A DNA stretch of 64,000 nucleotides from Armatimonadia bacterium (GCA_039679385.1 JBDKVB010000017.1:5399-69398), one strand, 5' to 3'. Positions 9,466 to 18,797 are shown, counted from the stretch's first letter. Made by a program: numbers and translations. Notes: generated by a model not told the origin, from the letters alone.

Positions 9466-12400
9466 ATGAGATCACGCATGCAGTGGACCGCCTGCCTGGC
9501 ACTCACCCTCCTGGTGACTAGCGGCGCCCTGGCACAATTCCCCGGAATGCCCGGAATGCCGGGCGGAGGCGCAATGCCCGGGGACCTGAGCCAGTTACTG
9601 GGGCAGTTGGGTGGCATGATGGGTGGCGGCATGGAAGGCGCAGGGATGGGCATGGCGGCGGCGCCCGCCCCCAGCAAGTACATCTCCCCGCTGGTTCCCC
9701 TGTGCTGGGCAGTGGGCCGGTCGCAATACCCCGGCATCGCCTGCCTGTACGCGACCAAGCAGCAGAAAGCCCAGCTTGAGGCCCTGATTCGTCAGGTCGC
9801 CCCGAGCATCGAAGGGCGCTACTGGGTCAAGTTCGCCGACGTCACCGTTGATACCGATCCCCCCAGCTTCATCCGTGAGGTGCTCGCCGCCAAGTACCGC
9901 CTCCCCAAGGGCGGCGGCGGTGCGGCTGGAGCGGCCGCCGGTATGGAAGGCGGCAGCGCCGAGGCCGGTGCAATGGGAATGGGCATGGGGATGGAGGGCT
10001 CCGGCATGGCTGGAGCGGCGGCTGCCGGCAGCGTCTCCGATAAGGAACTCAAGGTCGAGGCCCGGCGTGCGGCTCCCTGCATCGTCATCTTCGGCAAGGA
10101 CATGTTCAGCCAGGGCGCAGGCGCTGCGACACCCGCTGCAGCAGCAACCGCCGCGATGCCCATGGAAGGCGGCAGCATGGACGCCAGCGGGATGATGGGT
10201 GGCGCCATGGGCGGCACTGCAGCTCCGGCGGCCGGCGGCAGCAAGTGGTCCCTGATGGACCGCAGCTTCATGGTCTACTGGTCCTTCGTCGGCAACAAGG
10301 AAGTCCCGACCCCGGAAATCCTGCGCTTCGTCCTCGACGCCGTGGGCGACCGTCAGGCCGGCATCGACCGCTTCGCGCGGCAGCTCAAGCAGGACAACAA
10401 GAACGCGAGTGTGACGCTGGAACTGGCTCGCGCTTACGTCCGCGCTCTGGAGCGCGGCAAGTCCTTCCTGCCGGGGCTCGGACTTAGCGCCGACCCGGCT
10501 CGTGCCCGGGTCGTCCAGCAGAATCAGTACATGGCGGACTACCTCCTGGCCCGCGCGGAGACCCTTGGCGGCGGCCGAAGCCTCGTGCGTGATATCCGCG
10601 ACGAGCAGGCCAAGCTCGCGGGCTCCTTCCGCTACTGCCCGCCGACAAGCCTCACTCCTATGCTGAGCCAGTACTTCCCGGGCATCGTGGGCTACTACCA
10701 GAATCAGGGCCAGCGTCTGCAGCTAGAGGCCTTGCTCGACACGCCCGCCGTCCAGCAGCAGATGAACAACGGCCACTACTGGTGCAAGCTGGTTAACCTC
10801 GTCTCGAAGGACACCGCCAAGGACACCAGCGTCATCGGCATGGTTCAGGACGAGAAGCTGGACGCCGAGATTGAGAACTACCCGGCCCTGGTCCTTTGCG
10901 GCCAGGACATCTTCAAAGAGGGCGACCCGGTCACTCCTGCCCAGGCAGCAGCAGCCGGTGCAAGCGCCGGCGGAGCAGGGATGGGCATGGAGGGGATGGC
11001 GGGCGCGCCTTCCGGTTCCGGCATGGAGACCGGCGGAGCGGCCGCGACACCCCAGGGCTCGACCTCCACTGATGACGGCAAGCTGACCGGCTGGATCCTC
11101 GGTGGCGCCGGAGCCGCTGCAGCCGGCACGACCACGGCGGCCATGCCCGGTGGTGCCAGCGGCAGCGCACCGGAGGGCATGCCCTCTGGTGGCGAGGCGA
11201 TGGCTGAAGGCACGATGCAGACCGCTGCGTCGGCCGTCGGCGAGATGACCTGGAGCGACTGGGACTATCGCCAGCCCAACCGCATGGCGTACCTGATGCA
11301 GTACGTCCTGTTCCAGGGCGCTCGAAGCGCCAAGGCCATTCCGAGCAGCGCAGACCTGGCCGCCAAGATGCAGACGGCCGTCACCATCGACAACGCCGCT
11401 CGTGCACTCAAGAACGACAAAGAGCATGACGACATCGATCTTCTCCTGACCGTCGGTCAGGGCTTCGTCGACCTCAAGCAGCACTACATGGCGGACTACT
11501 TCCTGGCTCGCGCAGAGAAGTGCGCCAAGGATCTGGACAAGAAGATCGCCGAGACCGAGAAGCGCCTCGCCGACGACGAGTTCGTCTCGGACTCCGAGCG
11601 CAACACCTGGAAGGACCGCTACGCCCGGCAGCGCGATGAGTTCGTCGTCTACCGCGATCGCATTCGCCAGCTCCGCATCGCCCTGCTCACGAGCTTCGGC
11701 AACGAGCAGCCGACGAACCAGATACCGGTTCTCCTCACCGACTTCCCCGGCATCATCGTCTTCTACGAGGGCGACTCCAGCTATGACCCGTCAGCAGCGG
11801 CCGAAGAACCGGATGCCAAGACGCCGGTCGTCAGCCGCCAGTCGGGCGCGGTTCGCTCCCTGCTGAGCCAGCCGCACATCGCCAAGTACATCGAAGACAA
11901 GTACTGGGTGAAGTACATCCGGGTCAAGTCCAGTGACAAGGATCCGCGGCCCGGTATCACGCCCAAGCCAGACTGGATGACCCGGCTCCCGGCAGTGCTC
12001 ATCATGGGCGCCGACCTCTTCCATACTGTCGGCCCGCGGGTAGCCGGTGGTAAGACGGCTGCCGGAGCGGCCGCAGCAGGAAGCGCTGAGACAGGCGCGA
12101 TGGCCGGCGGCGTGGCACCCGGCATGGAGATGGGCGCCGGCTCGATGGGCCCCGGTATGGAGGGTGCCGCAGGTGGCGCCGCTGCCGGTGTGTCCTCAAC
12201 AGGCGACCCGGCTGAGTGGCTCCCGCCTGCAGGTGGTGGAGCAGCAACCACCGCTCAGGCTGGCGCTGAGGGCTCGATGAGTGCTGAGGCCGGGGGCGCC
12301 ATGCCCATGGCAACCGCGGCAGCTCCTGCCGCCGGTGGGCCTCCGCAGCCGATCGGCATCCTCACCGGCACCTCGCCGATGGACGGCATGTTCGCCCAGT

Positions 12401-13713
12401 GGGCAGACTATGGTCACGAGAACCAACTGGGTCTGCGCCAGGGCTATGTGATGGTGCACTGGTCCTACATGGGCCGCAGCCAGCTCCCGCGGGAGTGGAA
12501 CCAGCAGGCGCACAGCGCCAGCCAGAAGCCGGAAGACTTCGACTACTTCCGCCGGCTCCTGGAGCGCACCTACGAGGTCGATCGCCTTGCGCACCAGGCC
12601 TACGAGGAGGAGCGACTGGCCTCGGGGATGACGCCCGCAGCCACTCCTGCCGCCACGACGGTGCTTGACCTGGCCTCCGAGTACGTTGGCCTCCCCGGAG
12701 CCTACATGGCTGAGTACATGCTGTCGCGCGCCGAGTACCTGGTGCAGCAGAAGTGGGAACCGGTGACCTCTCGCGTCACGAAGGCTGCAGACGCGGCCCT
12801 CGCCGAGCAGGCCAAGGGACGAGACTTCACCGGCGGCGACTACCTGGTAGAGATCCGCAACTTCCTGCAGCAGACACCCGAGGACCGGTCGGCCTGGATG
12901 GCCTCTCCGGCCCCGAAGGCATGGTTGGCGGCAACCGTCGCGCTCCGCCGCATGGGGATGCTTCCGACCGTCTACCTGCCGCAGTATGTGTCCCTGCAGT
13001 ACGCTTCAGCCGCCGGTGACGGGCAGGGCGCCATCGCCTCCTCCTCGCTGATGGGCCGCCCGATCCCGGCGTACTTCCAGCTCCCGCCGGAGAAGCTGAC
13101 CGACACCCAACTCAGGGAGGTTCGCACCTCTGCGATGAACGCGCTGTCGGCCGGCGCGATCGGCGTGGACCCGAAGGCGCTGTGGTCGCGGCTCCTGCTG
13201 GTTGAGACCGAACTGCGCGCTCGCCGCGGTGCCACCGACATCGATAGCTCCTGGCGCGAGATCATGTCCCTGTGGACGAGCCGCCAGCAGACCAGCACCG
13301 GCTACTCCGACAAGATACTCGAGGCGCTGGACAGGGCAGTCGACGGCGAGATCAACGTCCTCCGGGCCCTCAACGATGCGGGCATGCGCATGCAGGCAGC
13401 GCCGGGCTCCGGTGCGGACATGGCGAACCGGACGATGAGCGCCGCCACGGAGGAGAACCCGGACTGGGCGGGCAGCCCGCTGAGCGAAGTCGCCAGTCTG
13501 CGCGACTACCTCAAGGCCCGGCCGCACGATCGCGCTGCGGACCAGGCCCGTTACCTGATGGGCGTCATGCTCGAGACCGGGCCGACGGCAAACGACATGC
13601 GGCCGCTCACCAACGCAGCCTCTGAGCAGTACGGCAAGCTCAAGCCGATGGACACTCCGCCGCACTGGTGGCGTTTCGGCTATGGCCGCTGGGACCGCTT
13701 CCAGGCCAACTAA
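9466..13713 (+). CDS. Large secreted hypothetical protein (1415 aa) with three internal thioredoxin-like/TPR-like repeats and Met/Gly/Ala-rich insertions
   Basis: GGGAGAG RBS; signal peptide ...ALTLLVTSGALA|QF; strong GC3 coding bias. Triplicated motifs [YF]PGI, YW[VC]K, P.....G.D.F and YMA[DE]Y.L.RAE. Confidence 0.85.
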   Translation: MRSRMQWTACLALTLLVTSGALAQFPGMPGMPGGGAMPGDLSQLLGQLGGMMGGGMEGAGMGMAAAPAPSKYISPLVPLCWAVGRSQYPGIACLYATKQQKAQLEALIRQVAPSIEGRYWVKFADVTVDTDPPSFIREVLAAKYRLPKGGGGAAGAAAGMEGGSAEAGAMGMGMGMEGSGMAGAAAAGSVSDKELKVEARRAAPCIVIFGKDMFSQGAGAATPAAAATAAMPMEGGSMDASGMMGGAMGGTAAPAAGGSKWSLMDRSFMVYWSFVGNKEVPTPEILRFVLDAVGDRQAGIDRFARQLKQDNKNASVTLELARAYVRALERGKSFLPGLGLSADPARARVVQQNQYMADYLLARAETLGGGRSLVRDIRDEQAKLAGSFRYCPPTSLTPMLSQYFPGIVGYYQNQGQRLQLEALLDTPAVQQQMNNGHYWCKLVNLVSKDTAKDTSVIGMVQDEKLDAEIENYPALVLCGQDIFKEGDPVTPAQAAAAGASAGGAGMGMEGMAGAPSGSGMETGGAAATPQGSTSTDDGKLTGWILGGAGAAAAGTTTAAMPGGASGSAPEGMPSGGEAMAEGTMQTAASAVGEMTWSDWDYRQPNRMAYLMQYVLFQGARSAKAIPSSADLAAKMQTAVTIDNAARALKNDKEHDDIDLLLTVGQGFVDLKQHYMADYFLARAEKCAKDLDKKIAETEKRLADDEFVSDSERNTWKDRYARQRDEFVVYRDRIRQLRIALLTSFGNEQPTNQIPVLLTDFPGIIVFYEGDSSYDPSAAAEEPDAKTPVVSRQSGAVRSLLSQPHIAKYIEDKYWVKYIRVKSSDKDPRPGITPKPDWMTRLPAVLIMGADLFHTVGPRVAGGKTAAGAAAAGSAETGAMAGGVAPGMEMGAGSMGPGMEGAAGGAAAGVSSTGDPAEWLPPAGGGAATTAQAGAEGSMSAEAGGAMPMATAAAPAAGGPPQPIGILTGTSPMDGMFAQWADYGHENQLGLRQGYVMVHWSYMGRSQLPREWNQQAHSASQKPEDFDYFRRLLERTYEVDRLAHQAYEEERLASGMTPAATPAATTVLDLASEYVGLPGAYMAEYMLSRAEYLVQQKWEPVTSRVTKAADAALAEQAKGRDFTGGDYLVEIRNFLQQTPEDRSAWMASPAPKAWLAATVALRRMGMLPTVYLPQYVSLQYASAAGDGQGAIASSSLMGRPIPAYFQLPPEKLTDTQLREVRTSAMNALSAGAIGVDPKALWSRLLLVETELRARRGATDIDSSWREIMSLWTSRQQTSTGYSDKILEALDRAVDGEINVLRALNDAGMRMQAAPGSGADMANRTMSAATEENPDWAGSPLSEVASLRDYLKARPHDRAADQARYLMGVMLETGPTANDMRPLTNAASEQYGKLKPMDTPPHWWRFGYGRWDRFQAN

Positions 13714-13782
13714 GGTACTCACGACGAGGGACCTTCTTCTCTCAGAGTGAAGAAGGTCTCCTCTGTCTCCAGGACGAACTAG

Positions 13783-13818
13783 CAGGCCGCGGCTGATACA
13801 GTCGCGGCCTGTCCTTTT
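13783..13818 (+). terminator. Intrinsic terminator
   Basis: CAGGCCGCGGCTG-ata-CAGTCGCGGCCTG followed by TCCTTTT. A second hairpin lies at 13726-13763. Confidence 0.7.
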
Positions 13819-13908
13819 GTAGCGCGCGCTGAGCAAGCGCGGGAGGCATGTGCACGCCCTGCGGGCCGATCTGTGCCGCAAGGCGACCATCCCTGGCCTT
13901 CGCGTTGC

Positions 13909-13938
13909 TTGACGGGTTGCGTGGAATGCGGCTATACT
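13909..13938 (+). promoter_or_regulatory. Putative sigma70 promoter
   Basis: TTGACG-N18-TATACT, the same architecture as the promoter upstream of the T-box (40292-40321). Confidence 0.6.
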
Positions 13939-14001
13939 CATTTGGCGAGCCACTTCCATATAGCCCTCGAGTCGCCGCAAGCCTTTCGAGGTGGTTTCTT
14001 C

Positions 14002-15363
14002 ATGCGCTTTAAACGGCTGCTGCCCTACGCAATCGCCATCGTCGTTGTGGGCTTTGCGTGCTCCGTCGTCACCGTGACCAAGCCCTTCGCCCAGGGAGAG
14101 CCCAGTGCCGCGCCTCCCACCGATGCCGCAAGCGGCGCGCCGCCTGAGGCAGCCAGCGGCTCGCCCTCCGGCGAACCCGGCGCAGGGCCCGCTCAGGGCG
14201 CTGCCGGTGGTGGCGGTGCAGGTTATTCCTGGAGCGAGGCGACCATGCCGGAAGAGCTCCTCATGACCTATGGGGAGTTCCTGACCCAGGAGGCCCAGGC
14301 TCCGGTGCCGCTTCCGGAGTTCTACCTGCTAGAGGACAACGGGACGCCCAAGAAGTACACGCGCAACCAGTGGTACGGCCTCAGCCGGATCTATGCCGAC
14401 CAGCCGGTCAAGCCCGACGTGAAGCTCGTCGGCACCCCCGGCAACAGCCTGTGGAACCAGGTCTACCTGGAGGCTGCGGTCAAGCACAATGAGGTCAATG
14501 CCATGTGGTCGTGCTGGCAGGATGCGACCACCAACTTCTGGTTCGAGGTTGGGTACCCGCGCATCGGCCCGCAACTGCTGCAGTATGACTGGACGCGCAA
14601 GGCCATCCGCAACCCGGACGGGACCATCCGCTGGGGACGCTGGGAGGCCACGCTGCCCGACCGCTTCACCATCGTGGTGCCGGTGGTCATGCATGTGAAG
14701 GACCGCTGCCAGCAGACCTTCGGTACGCGGTTCTACAACCGCATGAAGCCCTTCGATAACATGGGCGATGGCCGCTCGCCCTTCAAGTTCATGACCTACT
14801 CCGGCGGCTACTACCGCCCCAACACCTTCTACCTGGCCGATGAGGCCATCCAGGTGTGGGCGGGTCTCTGGAGTGACCTGCGGGTCCAGCTCCGTCTGTT
14901 CGATCCGACGAACACTGAGGTTGTCAGGGCAGCCCAAGGCTCGGGCCTCAGCCCGGCGATCTTCACTCAGATGGTGCATCCGCCAGTCATCAACTACCAG
15001 CCCCGCTACCGGCTCCTCCTGCCTCATGAGGACGACCGGTTCAAGGGTGGCCGTTTGGCGCTCGAGGGTCAGGAAGGCTGGTACTTTGAGTTCTCCTTCA
15101 CCCTCACCCGCGACCAGTTGCGCTCCGTCACCAACGCGGAGGCTCGCCTCGTGTGCATGGTGAACGGCGCTCCGACACCGCCGCAGCGCATGAAGTTCCT
15201 GGCCGGTGCAGCAGGCGCAGCCGGTGGCGCTGCGGGTGCTGCCGGCGCCCCTGGTGCCCCTGGCGCCCCGTCCGGTATGCCGGGAGAGCCGGGCGCACCC
15301 GGCGGCAGTGCCGAAGCACCCAGTGGTTCGCCTTCCGAACCGGCGCCCGCTGTGGCTCCCTAA
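14002..15363 (+). CDS. Secreted hypothetical protein with aromatic-rich core and Gly/Ala/Pro/Ser-rich termini
   Basis: GAGGTGG RBS and ATG at 14002. Signal peptide MRFKRLLPYAIAIVVVGFACSVVTVTKPFA|Q. GAPGAPGAP tail. Confidence 0.8.
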   Translation: MRFKRLLPYAIAIVVVGFACSVVTVTKPFAQGEPSAAPPTDAASGAPPEAASGSPSGEPGAGPAQGAAGGGGAGYSWSEATMPEELLMTYGEFLTQEAQAPVPLPEFYLLEDNGTPKKYTRNQWYGLSRIYADQPVKPDVKLVGTPGNSLWNQVYLEAAVKHNEVNAMWSCWQDATTNFWFEVGYPRIGPQLLQYDWTRKAIRNPDGTIRWGRWEATLPDRFTIVVPVVMHVKDRCQQTFGTRFYNRMKPFDNMGDGRSPFKFMTYSGGYYRPNTFYLADEAIQVWAGLWSDLRVQLRLFDPTNTEVVRAAQGSGLSPAIFTQMVHPPVINYQPRYRLLLPHEDDRFKGGRLALEGQEGWYFEFSFTLTRDQLRSVTNAEARLVCMVNGAPTPPQRMKFLAGAAGAAGGAAGAAGAPGAPGAPSGMPGEPGAPGGSAEAPSGSPSEPAPAVAP

Positions 15364-15401
15364 GGCCGGACAACAACTCGCTGCACATCCATAGGCAGAA
15401 C

Positions 15402-15430
15402 AAAGGGCTCGCCGCGTGCGAGCCCTTTTC
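15402..15430 (+). terminator. Intrinsic terminator
   Basis: AAAGGGCTCGC-cgcgt-GCGAGCCCTTT followed by TC. Confidence 0.75.
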
Positions 15431-15461
15431 GTACCCATCGACCTGTCGGCAGGTGAGACCC

Positions 15462-16610
15462 ATGAAGGACTTCGCGATCCGCAGTCCACAGGAAGTGCGT
15501 TTCGGTTGGGGGGCGATTGGTGGCCTCCCGCAGGCTGTGGCCCGTTTGGGTGCGCGTCCGCTGGTGGTGACCGGCGGGGCCTCGATCGAGGCTGGTGGCC
15601 GGCTGGCAACCATCCTCACCTCGCTGACCGACGCCGGTCTCACACCCGTCCGTTTCCGGGGCGTTGAGCACGACCCCTCAGTGGAAACAATCGACCGTGG
15701 GCGCGGTGTGCTGGCTGCAGAGGGATGCGACTGCGTGGTCGCGATCGGTGGCGGAAGCGTGATGGATGCTGGGAAGGCTATCGCGGGGCTTGCCGGGGAG
15801 TCTGCGCCCACGGCCGACTTCGTCGCGGGCAGGGCCATCACCGGTCGCTGCCTGCCGATGGTGGCCTGCACCACGACCTCGGGCACCGGCTCCGAGGTGA
15901 CCCATGTGGCGGTGCTGACGGACTCTTCGCGTCAGGTCAAGGCCAGCATCCGCACCGAGGGGATGATGCCTGCGGTCGCGATCGTGGACCCGGAGCTAAC
16001 GGTGTCGATGTCTCCGGAGACGACTGCCTTCACCGGGCTTGATGCCCTCACGCAGGCCCTTGAGTCCTATATCTCCGTCGGCGCGAATCCCTTCAGTGAC
16101 CCGCTTGCCCTGCAGGCTGCGACCCTTCTCACGGGGTCGGTACGGAAGGCTGTGCGAGAGGGCAGCGACCGTGCCGTCCGCGAGAACATGGCTGCCGGGA
16201 GCATGCTTGCGGGTCTGGCCCTGGCGAGTGCCAGACTGGGCCTGGTGCACGGCCTGGCTCATCCCCTGGGGGTGCTGTACCACCTCGCCCACGGGCAGGC
16301 CTGTGCGCTGCTGCTTCCGCACGTGCTGGAGTTCAACGCCCCGGTGGCCGAGGCCAAGCTCGCGTGTCTTGCCCGTGCCTGCGGCATCTCCTCCAACCCG
16401 GTCGACACTGCAGCCGCCTACATGCTGGTTGTATGGGTGCGCGAGTTGTGCGCCGAACTGGGCTGCCTGCAGCCACTGGCGGACCTGGGTCTTCGGCGAG
16501 AGGACTTCGGCGCCATCACGGCGGCCACAATGGCCTCGGGTTCCACCAAGGCCAATCCCCGCCCCGTCACCGAGGCCGATGTGACCCGTATCCTCAATCG
16601 TGCCGCCTAA
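15462..16610 (+). CDS. Iron-containing alcohol dehydrogenase
   Basis: AGGTGA RBS and ATG at 15462. AIGGGSVMDAGK, TTSGTGSEVT, IVDPELT, DALTQ and VHGLAH...HG motifs. Confidence 0.9.
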   Translation: MKDFAIRSPQEVRFGWGAIGGLPQAVARLGARPLVVTGGASIEAGGRLATILTSLTDAGLTPVRFRGVEHDPSVETIDRGRGVLAAEGCDCVVAIGGGSVMDAGKAIAGLAGESAPTADFVAGRAITGRCLPMVACTTTSGTGSEVTHVAVLTDSSRQVKASIRTEGMMPAVAIVDPELTVSMSPETTAFTGLDALTQALESYISVGANPFSDPLALQAATLLTGSVRKAVREGSDRAVRENMAAGSMLAGLALASARLGLVHGLAHPLGVLYHLAHGQACALLLPHVLEFNAPVAEAKLACLARACGISSNPVDTAAAYMLVVWVRELCAELGCLQPLADLGLRREDFGAITAATMASGSTKANPRPVTEADVTRILNRAA

Positions 16611-16636
16611 CCCCACGTCTAACTCTGTCCCAAAGG

Positions 16637-16668
16637 AAAGCGGGCGTCCCACTGGGACGCCCGCTTTT
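16637..16668. terminator. Bidirectional intrinsic terminator
   Basis: AAAGCGGGCGTCCC-act-GGGACGCCCGCTTTT between convergent genes. Confidence 0.85.
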
Positions 16669-16693
16669 GTGTCTGGTCAGGAGACGAGGCCGG

Positions 16694-17692
16694 TCAGAAC
16701 CCAAGCTCAAGTCGGCCGTCAGGCAGCCATTGCTTGCAGTACTCGGCGCTCTCCCGCAGTTGGTCGAGCAGGACCTCTGTGGGGGTCAGCGGATCGGGTC
16801 GCACATCGACGATCAGCCAGTGTACGTCCGTCGGCTCCAGGACCTCAGATACCCAGCTATCGGCGAAGTGCTCGTGAGCCTGCACGAGAGACTCAATGAT
16901 CGCGTCGAGGCGCAGGTATCCCTGCTGGTTGTACTCCTCGGTGAAGGGCCAGAACCGGCAGGCCTCGGGTGTTGTCTGCTGCAGGCGGATGACCTCGGCG
17001 AAGGGTCCCAGGGCACGGAGCCACTCGCGGTAGTCCAGGTCCTTGCCATGCAGCCCGTGGTGCATTCCCGCCATCTGTCCGAGGTTCAGGGACAGTCGGA
17101 TCGGGCAGCCAGAGTTCTTGCGGTTAGCCTCGATCAGGAACTCCTCGGCCTGCTTGAGGGTCCAGGGCACGCAGGAGGGAACGCAGCCCTGATCCTGCGA
17201 GATCGAGGCCAAGCCCTTGTCGCGCCCGATCTGCGCCAGGTCGCGCAACAGCTCGATGAGCCGCTTGACGGCCTGCTTGCAGCCGTACTCCCCGCTCTCA
17301 AGGACCTCGGCGGAGATCGTGTCCCAGTGGCCGGCGATGCGGTTGGTACCGACCTCACGCGCCAGGTCCATACAGGTGACGATCCACTCAATCATCTTCT
17401 GTCGAGGGATCGGGTCGGCATGTGAGATCCCGTGAAACAGTCGCGGCGCGAGACCCGCGTAGACATCGGAGACAACGACATTGTACTCTTCGGTTGCTTC
17501 GCGTGCCTCCCGGGCCTGTGAGAGTTGAAAGTGGCGATCCCCTGAGAAGAAGGGGTCAAGGACATCCGTATTCAGTTCGTGACAGGAGTAACCAAGCTCG
17601 GAAGTCAGGCGGATCCAGTTCTGCGGCTGCTCCCAGCGGCCGACACAGAAGGCGCCGCTGAGGCCAAGGTGCAACTGCAACGTGCGGGGCAT
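16694..17692 (-). CDS. Xylose-isomerase-like TIM-barrel protein, EryC (D-erythrulose-1-phosphate 3-epimerase)-like, metal ligands degenerate
   Basis: The overall pattern (RW..P..W, H.DP..R...W, DL..E.G....GH, DY..WL..LGP, LQQT, WPFT.EYN..G) matches the EryC-like family, but the expected E/D/H/H/E ligands are substituted. Confidence 0.7.
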   Translation of the reverse strand: MPRTLQLHLGLSGAFCVGRWEQPQNWIRLTSELGYSCHELNTDVLDPFFSGDRHFQLSQAREAREATEEYNVVVSDVYAGLAPRLFHGISHADPIPRQKMIEWIVTCMDLAREVGTNRIAGHWDTISAEVLESGEYGCKQAVKRLIELLRDLAQIGRDKGLASISQDQGCVPSCVPWTLKQAEEFLIEANRKNSGCPIRLSLNLGQMAGMHHGLHGKDLDYREWLRALGPFAEVIRLQQTTPEACRFWPFTEEYNQQGYLRLDAIIESLVQAHEHFADSWVSEVLEPTDVHWLIVDVRPDPLTPTEVLLDQLRESAEYCKQWLPDGRLELGF

Positions 17693-17914
17693 TCGACTCT
17701 CCCATAAGGTCGCAGACCATCGAGGCAGAGCCTAGGATCGGCAGGAGGCGGACGAGAGCTCCCTCAACCGCCCGGACGTGCGGTCCACGTGACCGCTGAC
17801 TCGCGGGCAGTACCGGGGCCGGAGCCACCTGCCGTTCAACTGCGGGCTCTGGGGCAGAGCTAACGAACGCCGACCCGGCCGGACCAACTCACTGGTCGGT
17901 TGCCGGGGCCGGCG

Positions 17915-18421
17915 TCAAGAGGTGACGTGCTGCACCATAGCTTCCAAGGGTCTGCGATCGCGTGCCGCCGGGCTCTCTGCCGGATAGCCCAGCGGGGTTA
18001 GTACAACAGGCTCCAGCTCCTCGGGCAGGCTCAGGGCGCTCGAGAGCGCCTTTGCATCGAAGGCGCCGATCCAGCAGGTTCCGAGCCCCTCCGCGGTAGC
18101 TGCGAGAATGATATGGTCCATCACGATTGCGGCGTCAACATCGGCGAAGCACTTGCCGTCGGAGCGCGTCCAGGCACGATCCGACTGCGAGCAGACGACG
18201 ATCACTGCGGGAGCGCTCCAGCACCACTCACGTCCGTAGGCGGCCTTGAGCTTCTCCCGCGCTGCACCAGTGATCACGAGGATCTGCACCGGCTGGCGGT
18301 TGGCGGCAGTCGGTGCCAGACGACCGGCTTCGAGAACGCGGTTGAGTTTGTCGGCCTCGACCGCGTCAGGCTTGTAGGCGCGAATACTGCGACGCGACTG
18401 AATCACATCGTACAGCTCCAC
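17915..18421 (-). CDS. Nitroreductase family protein
   Basis: GGAGG RBS and GTG at 18421. SRRSIRAY, APTAANRQP, GLGTCWIG and LGYP motifs. Confidence 0.92.
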   Translation of the reverse strand: MELYDVIQSRRSIRAYKPDAVEADKLNRVLEAGRLAPTAANRQPVQILVITGAAREKLKAAYGREWCWSAPAVIVVCSQSDRAWTRSDGKCFADVDAAIVMDHIILAATAEGLGTCWIGAFDAKALSSALSLPEELEPVVLTPLGYPAESPAARDRRPLEAMVQHVTS

Positions 18422-18436
18422 CCTACCCACCTCCTG

Positions 18437-18733
18437 CTAGTTGCCGGGTGTGACCGGCTGGTCGGCCGGACTCTGGGGCACCGTCTCCTGGGGCGGCTCG
18501 GGAGCAGGCCCTGCCGGAGCCACGTTCTCAGGCGCGGCGACCTCAGGGGCTGCGTTCTCTTCAGGGATGGCTGCCGGAGCTTCCGCGGACGGTCCCTCCG
18601 GTGTGGCTTCGTTGAGGCTCACGCTGGGCGCCGAGGGAATATCGTCGACAGCACTCGGATTGCCGCAGCCGCCCAGCATCCATGTCAGGCTCACGAGTCC
18701 GCCCAGGCACACCAACCACAGGCCCGTTCGCAT
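18437..18733 (-). CDS. Small acidic Pro/Ala/Glu-rich lipoprotein
   Basis: GGAGGT RBS. Hydrophobic N-terminus ending in lipobox LGG|C; the rest is low-complexity and probably disordered. Confidence 0.65.
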   Translation of the reverse strand: MRTGLWLVCLGGLVSLTWMLGGCGNPSAVDDIPSAPSVSLNEATPEGPSAEAPAAIPEENAAPEVAAPENVAPAGPAPEPPQETVPQSPADQPVTPGN

Positions 18734-18797
18734 CCGCCCTTACCTCCTGCTTCTCGAGGTATGCACCCGGCTCTTTGGCCCGGGCCTCGAAGCGCAT

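Noticed and set aside
8990-12340. Repetitive DNA as a possible CRISPR array or VNTR
   Set aside because: The repeats are in-frame, synonymously degenerate coding low-complexity sequence with no repeat-spacer periodicity and no cas genes.
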